Source: Octopus sinensis (lineage: Eukaryota). From it: a stretch of DNA of 64,000 nucleotides. Positions within the stretch are counted from its first letter, which is position 1, and each line of letters starts with the position of its first letter. The translations under genes were made by a program, and so were the position numbers. Positions 10,928-22,373 of the stretch are shown one piece after another. The notes under the pieces are model-generated. The model ran no database searches, had not been told where the DNA came from, and saw only the letters and a list, made by a program, of their open reading frames with translations. Location: the NCBI RefSeq assembly GCF_006345805.1, contig NC_043001.1, positions 131,812,001 to 131,876,000 on the forward strand, read 5' to 3'.

Positions 10928-12104
10928 CGTGTATAGTTGTAGTTTATAGAATAATTCTTCCAATAAACACACGCACTGATTGTACATATTATCAAATTAT
11001 CAATTAACTAATTAGTTAATTAATTAATTAATCAGTTAATTAATCGTTTAGCGAAAGCCCTTTCGTCTCACGTTGTGACCTTATTGATGACGTCTTCCTC
11101 ACTCCGTATAAACATACACTTTCTGCGCACAACGTGCTGATTTTTCATTTTAAGAAACCATCGACCGAACAGATTTTAATTATAATTTACAATGTAAGGT
11201 ATAATCAAGTTAACACAGATTATGCTTTTTGCGTCGATTCTTGAAATTTTTCCAGGGTATAACTTTTTCCAGGGTAATAATGTTTCTTCTACAATCAAAC
11301 AAAAAATTCAGGACCCTCAAAATAATATTTGTATCTGCCAATGTCTTTATCCAAAAAAATTCAAGCATCAATCTTTTAAGCATATCCCTATGTTAATCAT
11401 ATTCAGATTACAAACCGTCTGACGTATAACTAATATTCGGCGTTGGACTTGAGAATAATATTTTCTGTATTTGCTGATATCATGGGTAATTGTATTATAT
11501 GATGGTGTTTGTAAACATTATATTGTGTAGTTTGTACAGGAGTGGCTGTGTGGTAAGTAGCTTGCTAACCAACCACATGGTTCTGGGTTCAGTCCCACTG
11601 CGTGGCATCTTGGGCAAGTGTCTTCCGCTATAGCCCCGGGCCGACCAATGCCTTGTGAGTGGATATGGTAGACGGAAACTGAAAGAAGCCTGTCATATAT
11701 ATGTATGTGTGTGTGTTTATGTGCCTGTGTTTGTCCCCCTAGCATTGCTTGACAACCGATGCTGGTGTGTTTATGTCCTCGTTACTTAGCAGTTCGGCAA
11801 AAAGAGTCCGATAGAATAAGTACTGGGCTTACAAAGAGTAAGTCCCGGGGTCGATTTGCTCGACTAAAGGCGGTGCTCCAGCATGGCCGCAGTCAAATGA
11901 CTGAAACAAGTAAAAGAGTAAAAGAGTTTCTATTGTCTCTGCTGCTGGAGCGTTGGTGAACACAATTTCTAGTCTAAGCTAAAGCTGTTGCCTATTTTGC
12001 AGGTTCCACAGGCAAGTCATATAAAAATATATGGAGAAGCCTTGGTTTCTCACTTATGGTCTACTTTCGCAGTGTTTTATGAGACCACTATAGATATTTG
12101 CTTC

Positions 12105-12670
12105 AAATATCGGTACAAGGCCAGCAATTTCGGAGGAGGGATAAGATATGTTTATTTTATCGATCCCGAAAGGATGAAAGACAAAGTGGACCTCGATAGG
12201 ATTTGAACTCAGAGCGTAAAGACGGACGAAATACCGCTAAGCATTTTACCTGACGCACCAAAATTTTGCCAGCTTGTCACCTTATGAAACCACTATAGAT
12301 ATTCTTTACTACTCTAGACACAAGGCCCGAAATTTTTGGGGGGGGATAGTTGATTAGATGGACTCCAATGGGCAACTGGTATTTAATTTATCGACCCTGA
12401 AAGGATGGAAGACAAAAGCGACCTCGGCGGAATTTGAACAGGCGAAATACCTATTTCTTTACTACCCACAAGGGGCTAAACACAGAGGGGACAAACTAGG
12501 ACAGGCAAACGGATTAAGTCGATTACATCGACCCCAGTGCATAATTGGTACTTAATTTATCGACCCCGAAAGGACCTCGGCGAAATTTGAACTCAGAACG
12601 TAACGGCAGACGAAATACGACTACGCATTTCGCCCGGCCGTGCTAACGTTTCTGCCAGCTCGCCGACTTG
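12105..12670 (-). mobile_element. Cluster of SINE family A copies, including a multimer
   Basis: Repeated AGGATGAAAGGCAAAGTCGACCTCGG...GAATTTGAACTCAGAACG motifs. Confidence 0.85.
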
Positions 12671-12724
12671 AAACCACTATAGATATTAATACATTGAAAC
12701 AGTAGCAAGGCATGAACATATATT

Positions 12725-13567
12725 ATACACCTGCGTATGTGGACGATATGATCATTGTAACTGACACAATAAAAGACCCTGAGAAATTAAAAAAAAGCCT
12801 AGAAAAACAAATTTGTATTAAAAGTCAATATACAGAACAATACAAATTAAAACTCCTAGCTCTATAGCGTCTATTTCTAGACAAAAACATTCAGATAGAA
12901 AATATTAGATACATCGCATATCTCTAAAACAATGGCACAAATATATGCCTGCGCTTATGTGAATACAGTGAATATTCACGGAGATGCAAAATGTCAAATT
13001 TATGAAAACATTACAATTCTTCTCTATAAACGAAGTTCTATGAAAAACAATCTGTAGAATAAAACAAAGACTCATCAACAATGAGTACCAACAATGAATG
13101 TTTAATGTAACAGACTAAGACATAGAACAATAATACAGACAAATATATCATAATCAGTATAGCAGAAAATCATCCATTAAAAATAAACAAACCCCACATA
13201 AAGTGCATTACTAAATCAATTGCTTAACTGATACATAATATACTACAAAAATATTAAAATTTAAATCCTTTGTATCAATAATAAACCCAGCAACCCAGAA
13301 GCAAGCTACAACTGACCAATGTGGTTTACATATTTGATCCATGCATGAAAGTTGTAAATATCACGATTTCCACCAATTATATTGTCTATACAGGTGCGAA
13401 AATTTCCTGTCAGCTCACCATGCATTTACAAGTAACATTGCATTGCACAACGACACACAACGCCAAACAAACAAAACTACATAGGAAAACATTAGTGGAC
13501 AACACAATATATCCTATAGAGAATTCACAACGAAAATTGGTGATTAATGCTGGAAGTAATACCCAGA
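12725..13567 (+). mobile_element. Decayed Penelope-like element: reverse transcriptase C-terminal half plus GIY-YIG endonuclease
   Basis: AYVDDMIIV (12733) ... LFLDKNIQ ... NNGTNICL; then TNVVYIF..C....YIVYTG..ISCQLTMHLQ (13315-13440), matching the PLE VVY...C...YIG.T...L..RLTMH pattern. Many stops. Confidence 0.7.
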
Positions 13568-13946
13568 GAGTGGAGGCGCAATGGCCCAGTGGTTAGGGCA
13601 GCGGACTCGCGGTCGGAGGATCGTGGTTTCGATTCCCAGACCGGGCATTGTGAGTGTTTATTGAGCGAAAACACCTAAAGCTCCACGAGGCTCCGGCAGG
13701 GATGGTGGTGATCCCTGCTGTACTCTTTCACCACAACTTTCTCTTACTTCCTGTTTCTGTTGTACCTGTATTTCAAAGGGCCAACCTTGTCACTCTCTGT
13801 GTCACGCTGAATATCTCCGAGAACTACGTTAAGGGTACACGTGTCTGTGGAGTGCTCAGCCACTTACACGTTAATATCACGAGCAAGCTGTTCCGTTGAT
13901 CGTATCAGCTGGGACCCTCATCGTCGAAACCGACGGAGTGCTCCTA
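13568..13946 (+). mobile_element. SINE family C inserted at the end of the PLE relic, 11-bp TSD
   Basis: TSD TAATACCCAGA at 13557-13567 and 13947-13957. Confidence 0.9.
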
Positions 13947-14692
13947 TAATACCCAGAACTCAGAACATTGCTGAAATATACACACAGATAAAGTACACGA
14001 GTAACAAACACAAAAGTAAGTAACCGACGACGTAAAAATCTAAGAATTAAAATTTCAGAATCTGACGGCAATGTCTTCGTCAATTGCATAGGCTTTTTAC
14101 CTAACTGTAAAAAGACAGTAAACGTCCTTCATTCAGGTGATGCGGTGAGGGTCTAGAAAATTTAATGATGTGTTTGGTAACTTTACTGTTCCAAAACAAA
14201 CTGCAAAAAACTCATACAAAAATTTGGTAAAAAAAAATAAAATTGCTAACAATGATGAAACTAGAACAATTATGTTATTTTTATCTATGTTTAAAATGCT
14301 GTTCCTCAGAAACACAAATACACTCACAGACAATTATGTATGTGTATGTGTATGTGTATGTGTGTATGTGTGTGTATACATGCTAACTTTGTTGTGTATA
14401 CTTTTATTACATATTTTACCCATTGATTATTTATATACACCTCATAAATATATATTTTTTTCTTTCTTGTGAATTTAAACGTTTTGGAATTTATGTTGCT
14501 CTTAGAGCAAATAAAGAAATGATTTTTATTATCGTTATTATTTTTGTTATTCTTATCTCCCTCCTTCTCCTCTTCCTTCCCCTTCTCCTCATCATTTTAC
14601 ATCGCTTTTATTTTCATTTTGTTACTGTTCTTTAAATATATATATATATGTGTGTATGTATATATATATATGTATATGTATATATATATATG

Positions 14693-14724
<32 letters not shown>

Positions 14725-15139
14725 TATGTATATGTATATATATATATGTATACATATTTACTCATGCCTCCTTACTCCTCCAATTTTAATTCTAATTTAT
14801 TGATATATGTATATATTTTTTTTTTTTTAGTTTCCTTCATAAAAATATGTTTACGTCATATTCTTTATACCATAACCACCTCTCCTCACACCCAACTCAC
14901 ATACTTCAGAATCGAGTAACGTTTTATTTTTCCATTAGTTTTTAATTTCTCTCCTCTTTTTTTTTGTATTTATTGAACTGTTACACAAGATCGATTTTAC
15001 TGTCAAGGTAGGTGGAATAATAATCAATTGCATGAAATAAGTAAAAATATGTCAAAGTAAGTTGTGATTAGTCGTGCATATAGATTGATTTGACATTTAA
15101 AACCATCCATCTGGTTATTGTCGTTTTTTTAAAATTATA

Positions 15140-15292
15140 TTTGTTTGTTCACTTATCATCATCATCATCATTTTCTTCTTCTTCTTCTTCTTCTTCTTCT
15201 TCTTCTTCTTCTTCTCTCTTATTATTATTATTTTATTATTATTATTATTATTATTATCATTATTATCATGATCATTATTATTATTATTGCTG

Positions 15293-15362
<70 letters not shown>

Positions 15363-15415
15363 TATTATTATTGCTGTTGTTGTTGTTATTATTATCATTA
15401 TTATTATTATTGCTG

Positions 15416-15452
<37 letters not shown>

Positions 15453-15789
15453 CATTATTATCATTATTATTATTATATTATTATTATATTATTATTATTA
15501 TTATTATTATATTATTATTATTATTACTACTACTACTACTACTGTTATTGTTATTGTTGTTGTCGTTATTATTGTGCGGATTATATTTATTTCTGCTAAT
15601 ACACTTTTAGTGATCGTATTTGTTGTTGTTGTTTTTGTTTTTGTTGTCATTTTGCTGCAATTTTTTTGTTGTTGTTTTTGGTTGGTTTTGTTATTTCTAA
15701 CTGAGGTTAAATATTATTTACATTTATCTATTGAATAAGAAATGATATTCATAAAAATTTTATTGCTGCTTCTTCTTTGCCGTCTTCTT

Positions 15790-15821
<32 letters not shown>

Positions 15822-15918
15822 GCTACTACTACTTCTACTACTACTATACTACTACTGCCGCTGCTGCTGCTACTACTACTACTACTACTACTACTACTCC
15901 AACTACTACTACTACTAC

Positions 15919-15998
<80 letters not shown>

Positions 15999-16800
15999 TT
16001 TCTTCTCATCCTCATCGCCATCATTGCAACTACCATCATGATCATCGTCGTCATTTTCGTCATCATAATCATCGTTGACATCGTCATCGTCATCATTGCC
16101 GTAATCGCGCTCTTACTCTCCTTCCATTTTGTCCTCATCATCACCTTCCTCGCATTCTTTTATCGTAATTATCATTGTCATTATCTTCACCTCCCCTTCA
16201 TCGCTAACATCATTATCGTTGCATCATCATCATCACCCACATTACGACTAATCTTTCTCTTTCTTGTCTTCATTAATTTCCTCCACCTCCTCTTCCTCCT
16301 CCTCCTCTTCTACCTCTTTCTCCTCTTTCTCCTCATTATTCATAATCACCATCATTGTAAATGGTATGACGATGGCAATTCTTCTTCTTCTTTTTCTTCT
16401 TCCTCTTTCACTTCTTTTTCAACTACTACTACTACTACTACATTTCTTTTTCTGTTTTTCTTTTTCTTCTTCTTTCCCTCTTCTTCTTTTCCTCTTCTTC
16501 TCCTTTTTTCTCTTTTTTTTCTTTTTTCCTTTTTCTTCGTTTCTTCCATTCTTCTTTTTCCTATTTTTCTTCTTTTTCTTCTCCTTTTTTCTCTTCTTCT
16601 TTGCTTCTTTATCTTCTTTTTCCTTTTTTCTTTTCCTTTTTCTTTTTCGTTTTTTTTTTTTTTGCTTTTCTCTTATTTCTATTTTTCTTCTTTTCCTCTT
16701 CTTCTTTTCGTCTTCTTCTTTTCTTTTTCTTCTTTTTTCCCTTCTTCTTTATCTTCTTTCTTCTTCCTCTTCTTTTTCTCCTTCCCTTCCTGCTCCTCCT
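15140..16800. repeat. Large compound microsatellite and low-complexity block: (TCT)n, (TTA)n, (CTA)n, pyrimidine tracts
   Basis: Direct inspection. Comparable blocks at 235-580 (TACA), 25890-26170, 40245-42010, 55270-55800, 58268-58457 and 61288-61685. Confidence 0.98.
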
Positions 16801-17105
16801 GTTAGTAAAATTTACAGTTATCATCATCACAATTATCATCATTGTCATCTTCTTTACTATTATCAATATTTACAAACGTCATCATTATTCTTATTACTAT
16901 AGATATTTAGCGTCATCATTATTATCATTATTATTGAGCACTCAACTTTTTCACGCTTTAAAACATATTTAATATTTATTGTAAAGCAAATAAAGACAGA
17001 AATCCGGGTAAAATATCTGTAAATTCCTTTTTTTTTTCCACTTATCATAAGGAGATTAAATGGAGTGGTGGAGTATATAAAATGTGCCGGATAATAATAA
17101 TAATA

Positions 17106-17155
<50 letters not shown>

Positions 17156-17158
<3 letters not shown>

Positions 17159-17710
17159 GCCCTGATGCAGTACCAGGCAGTAGCTCTCATGGCTTCTGAT
17201 CTTAACTGATTGGAAGTGTTATCATGTACATTGTTTTGTCTTGGTATAAAAGATGGGCTACAGCAAATATTCTGCTCAATACCACAGATTTGCTTGTCAG
17301 TTGTTTGACCTTAACCAGTTGAGCATGTCCCTTAGTGGCTGACGATATGTGCATCTCTGATCACGAGCAGAAGTAGTGGGGGAGCATCATAGCCATGTGT
17401 TGAGAGGGATTCTTTGGGGTTTGAATAGTTCACCTCTGGAAACATGGGTGGTTCTTTCAACATCCTTAAACAACCCTTATTCAGGGACCGTTTGAGCGGG
17501 ATGGGCTACTCAACCTGAAGAAAATTCTAACTGGGCCCCACCTGCAAGGTCATGTGCTGTTTATCTTGATATGAGATCACCATGTCGCGCACATATGGTT
17601 GTGATGCATGTGCCTGGTGTACCTTTATCAGACGGGTAGTCATGATGGGTATATTGGGCTTCGTATATTTTACCCCATGTCACTTTGATGGCATGAACTG
17701 CTCTCTCACT
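17156..17710 (+). mobile_element. ~555-bp interspersed repeat of unknown class embedded in (TAA)n
   Basis: Matches the reverse complement of 43895-45300. Both copies are flanked on both sides by TAA/TTA-rich tracts. Confidence 0.7.
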
Positions 17711-17711
17711 C

Positions 17712-17769
<58 letters not shown>

Positions 17770-17799
17770 GTAATAATAATAATGGCTTCACATTTTACC

Positions 17800-18177
17800 A
17801 CAAGGGCAGCAATTTGGGGGGAGAGGGTGAGTCGATTACATCGACCTCATTGTTCAACTGATACGTATTTTATCGACCCCGAAAGGATAAAAGGCAAAGT
17901 GGACTTCGGTGGAATTTGAATTCAGAACGTAATGCCAGACGAAATACCTATTTCTTTACTGCCTACAAGGGGCTAAACATAGAGGAGACAAATAAGGACA
18001 GACAGACGGATTAAGTCAATTATATCGACCCCAGTGCGTAACTGGTACTTATTTAATCGACCCCGGAATGATGAAAGGCAAAGTGGACCTCGGCAAAATT
18101 TGAACTCAGAAAGCAATGGCAGACGAAATACCGCTAAGCATTTCACTCGGCGTGCTAAGGACAATAATAATAATAAT

Positions 18178-18245
<68 letters not shown>

Positions 18246-18352
18246 TGATGATGATGATAATAATAATAATAATCCCTTCTATTATAGGCACGTAGCACAT
18301 AACTGCTAAGCATTTTACCCGGCGTGCTAAGGATTCTGCCAGCTCGCCGCCA
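17800..18352 (-). mobile_element. SINE family A multimer with (TAA)n expansions
   Basis: Junction GAAATACC|TATTTCTTT at 17948/17949. Confidence 0.85.
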
Positions 18353-18378
18353 AGAAATATGTCGGATAATAATCAACA

Positions 18379-18409
<31 letters not shown>

Positions 18410-18895
18410 TGATGACAATGCTGATGACGATGATGATGACGACGACAACGACGACGACGATGATGATGATGATGGGAATGTAAATATTACTGATGTGAAA
18501 ATGAAAAGGAGAGTATATAAATATTACAGACGAGGGAGTGAAAGAGATGCCTAAGAAAATACCAAATTGGAAAGCCTCTGGATCAGATGGAGTTCAGGGA
18601 TTCTAGCTTAAGAATCTCTCGAGCATTCACAGCTATATACATCAACTTCTTATCGACCGAATAGAAAATAGCACGACGCCAGCATGAATGACAAAATAAA
18701 GATGAGTGCTAATGCAAAACAAAGAAACGGGAGGAGACGTCAGTAACGATAGATCTGTTACTTGCTTATCCTTGCTCTAGAAATTACTAACCGGTCTCTG
18801 ATTTCAGGAGGAAAATCTATTACTAGAGGAGCAAAAGGGACGAAGAAAGAAATCAAAGGAAACTGCTAGTCTGTTACTGTTAAATATATCGATAA

Positions 18896-19410
18896 CTAGC
18901 AGTATCGCCCGGCGTTGCTCGGGTTTGTAAGGGAAATAACTATATAAGCATTTTTAGAGAGTTACTTCCCTTATAGATGCCAATTCGGGCTTTCTTAGCC
19001 ATTTCTGTTTTGGTGTCTTCAAGGCCATGAAGTCGTTGTTCTAAAAGAACGCTGGTCTCCTTGACAACGCATTACGACGTTGATTTCCTTACACTCCCTT
19101 CCCCACAGCTTCACGAGGGAGGGAAGGGGGAGAAGCAAACAGGTGCAGCTGTGACCATGGACGCCAACTCCGCCGCCATCGACACACGAAAAAATATGCA
19201 TTAAAATGGAATCAAAAATAATGTTAAGTTATTTTTAAAATCGTAGACTCATCGTAGACGCGCGCTAATAGCCAGACGGGGCTCGATATGAATCACGACT
19301 ATAAGATACCCGAATTTGTTTAAACTGCACCGCAAAATGTGGGAGTAGTTAGGAATCTAAATCGAAGGGGACAGACACTCACACAACTACAGTTTTATAT
19401 ATAAAGAAGA
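18896..19410 (-). mobile_element. Non-autonomous Helitron (515 bp), same family as 1719-2111
   Basis: Closely matching termini in reverse orientation, with the same 3' hairpin and CTAG. Inserted between A and T. Removing it rejoins the host RT frame (YIDNMV...NLVLGWVD). Confidence 0.9.
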
Positions 19411-19718
19411 TATGGTATCAAGTGAAGCACTAATAGGAAAAGAGAACTTAGTTCTTGGCTGGGTAGACTAAAAGAACGCTTACGTTAATGTTCCACACTA
19501 TTGGTTTTTGGGGAGTCAGAGGACAATTGAGGTCAATGAGAAGGAAATAATGCTTTTTGAAAAAAGTCAATGAGAACGAACAGGTGCAAATGAATCTTTT
19601 GAAAATGTGAAAATATACAGAGATCCCTCGATTTTCCAGGGAAAATCGCTTTCTTCATTACTTTTTGTCATTACGTTAATCCCTCTGACAAGCATACTGA
19701 GAAAATTCATGTCTGTTA

Positions 19719-20102
19719 GTAGGAGCACTCCGTCGGTTACGACGATGAGGGTCCCAGCTGATACGATCAACGGAACAGCTTGCTCGTGGGATTAACGTGC
19801 AAGTGGCTGAGCATTCTACAGACACGTGTACCCTTAACGTAGTTCTCGAGGAGATTCAGCGTGACACAGAGTGTGACAAGGCTGGCCCTTTGAAATACAG
19901 GTACAACAGAAACAGGAAGAAAGAGTGAGAGAATGTTGTGGTGAAAGAGTACAGCAGGGATCACCCCCCCCCCTGCAGGAGCCTTGTGAAGCTTTAGGTG
20001 TTTTCGTTCAATAAACACTCACAATGCCCGGTCTGGGAATCGAAACCGCGATCCTACGACCGCGAGTCCGCTGCCCTAACCACTAGGCCATTGCGCCTCC
20101 AC
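19719..20102 (-). mobile_element. SINE family C inserted in the R4-like RT, 12-bp TSD
   Basis: TSD TCATGTCTGTTA at 19707-19718 and 20103-20114. Confidence 0.92.
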
Positions 20103-22337
20103 TCATGTCTGTTACAGAGCTTATCAAAACCAGAGTAAAAACATATCTCTTGTTATTTATGGATGACTTCAAACTGCATACGTAAATGAAAAAAAAAAAA
20201 AAAAGAAATCTCTTATCCAAACGTAAAGAGCATTCGGTAAGGATATTTCGAATGCAGTTTGGATAAAAGTGCAGTGTTAATTATGAAGTGAGGCTGAAGC
20301 ATAAGCTATGTTGGTATAAAATTACCACAAGATGACATCATTAAATCTCTAAGAAATTATGAAAAGTACAAGTACCTAGGAGATGATAAGATAATGGAAA
20401 AAGAAATGAGAGAGAAAAATCTCCAAAGAGTACTAGAGAAGTACTGGGAAGGAGAGAACACTATCGAAGGAATGAATACGCAATCTATACCAAATTAAGA
20501 TACTATGCTTCCTTTGTAAAAGGAAGAATTAGACAGAAATACGAAACGGCTGGCAATGCATAATGTGCACTACCCCAGATGTAGTATCCGTAGGCTCTCA
20601 CTACCAAGAAAGGAGGAAGGTAGAGGTCTGTTAAACGCAGAAGACATCATCAGTACTGAGATATTAGATTTGTAAAATCACGTTGTACATAATGAAGAAA
20701 GACTATTATCGGCGGCTAGAAATACACAGAAATTTACTGAAACAGTAGGAGACTTCAAGAACAGAAGGAAGAATGAGAGGACAAAGAGGCGGAAAGTAGG
20801 AATTATATGGCCAGTTCATACAATCAGCCAAGGATGTTTGAAAAGAATGGTGGTTGCGGCTGGCAGATGAAAACCTGAAACGAGAAACCGAATCGCTAAT
20901 TGTAGCCATTCAAGAACAAGCCATTAGAACGAATTTGGAGGCAAATATTGACCGAACTCAGACAGAGAGCAAACGCATGATCTGTGCTAAAAACGACGCA
21001 AGTATTAACTATCTCTTAAATGAAAGCAATAAGCTCGCAAAAACAATAGTATAAGCGCATGAAGTGGTATAATCATGACTATAGGCTTTGTAGAGAATAA
21101 CAGTTATAGGATTTTATTGGATTTTCCTGTAAAGACTAACCATACTATTGATGCAAGAAAATAAGATATAGTTGTAGAGGAAAATAGAAACAGTGTAACG
21201 TCATAGACATCGCAATACCATATGATAATAGATTGGATACCGAAGGAATTGAGAAAATTGAGAAATATCAGAAAGTCACCAGAGAGATGACGTGATTGTG
21301 GAAGACAATGATAACATTTGTTCCTGTGATAAGTGATGCACTCAGCCCAACACTCAAAATGCTACCTAAGAGGCTATCAACCTAAATAAAAGTGCAGGGA
21401 CTTCGAAGTTTCAGTCTGCTAATCTATCTTCGAACTGTGATGCATTCGAGTTCATTTAGGCTTTATATAGTCTCTGCTCAGTTAAAATTTTCTGGAGGGT
21501 AAGTGGATCTGTGTTGAATGATTAAGTTGTTGGGTAAGTTGTGATGGAAGATGTTATTGATTAAACTTGGAGTTGTTTTGTTGTTCAGCCATGCATATAG
21601 GACTCTGTTATTAGGTGCGTCTGTTTAGATGTGACAAGTCAGTCTTGAAGTTGTTCTTTTAGGGGTTCACAAAAGAACGTAAACGGGTGAGAATATCAGT
21701 CGCTTTGCAGATGTCTCACTAGGTTTAGACGTAAATGGAAAATTAAATGTTTTGTTTGGGGAATGAAGAAGTTATAGTTCACGGTATTCAATTAAACCTG
21801 TGTGAATAGGTATGTTTAAGTATATCAGCTTTTAGGTCATGTAGTTTTTAGGGTTCACAAACGAATGTAAACAGGTGGGAAGGTTAGTTGGTCAGCAGAT
21901 TTCCTCGTTAGGGGTTTAACCAGTATGCTTTGGGAAGGTGGAGGTTATCGATCAAGCATGTAAGATTCTGTGATTAGGTGTGTTGATTTAGGTGCGTCAG
22001 ATGTAGGTCATGTGTAGTTAGTGTAGAAATTTGTTTATCTTTCGCTTTAGTGTTCACGAAAGGATGTATGTAGATGTAAAGGTTAGTTGGGAAGTAGATT
22101 TCTCGCTATGAGTTAATTGTTCTAGATGTTATCTGATTACTATTTAGAAAATTTAGCCTTTGTTTCTTTTGCGGAAGAGGTTGTGTTTGTGGGCTTTGTT
22201 TCTATAAATATTTCTTCTCTTCAAGCGTGGGTATTTTATAATATATTATTTTGGACTTATGAATATACACAAATGTGGGGCATTATAAGATATATGCATA
22301 TCATTATGTATAAAAATAAACACACACACACACACAT

Positions 22338-22373
<36 letters not shown>

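Larger units (their letters stand above)
18553..21450 (+). mobile_element. Decayed R4/Dong-clade non-LTR retrotransposon (RT plus restriction-like endonuclease), interrupted by a Helitron and a SINE
   Basis: Motifs in order: KIPNWKASGSDGVQGF*LK; VTCL..*KLLTG; LLEEQKG; NLVLGWVD*KNAY..VPH; IFQGKSLSSLLF; LFMDDFKL; KYKYLG; RLSLPRKEEGRGL; LKRETESLIVAIQEQAIRTN; DFPVKT..; DIAIP; EKIEKY. Confidence 0.9.

Noticed and set aside
15090-16972. Long poly-Leu/Ile/Tyr/Phe ORFs (also 50-644, 25690-26198, 40239-41911, 42934-43402, 47930-48338)
   Set aside because: They are microsatellite translations with no coding complexity.
21500-22110. LRR/FNIP-like words in the minus-strand translation
   Set aside because: There are stops in every frame and the similarity is too weak to support.
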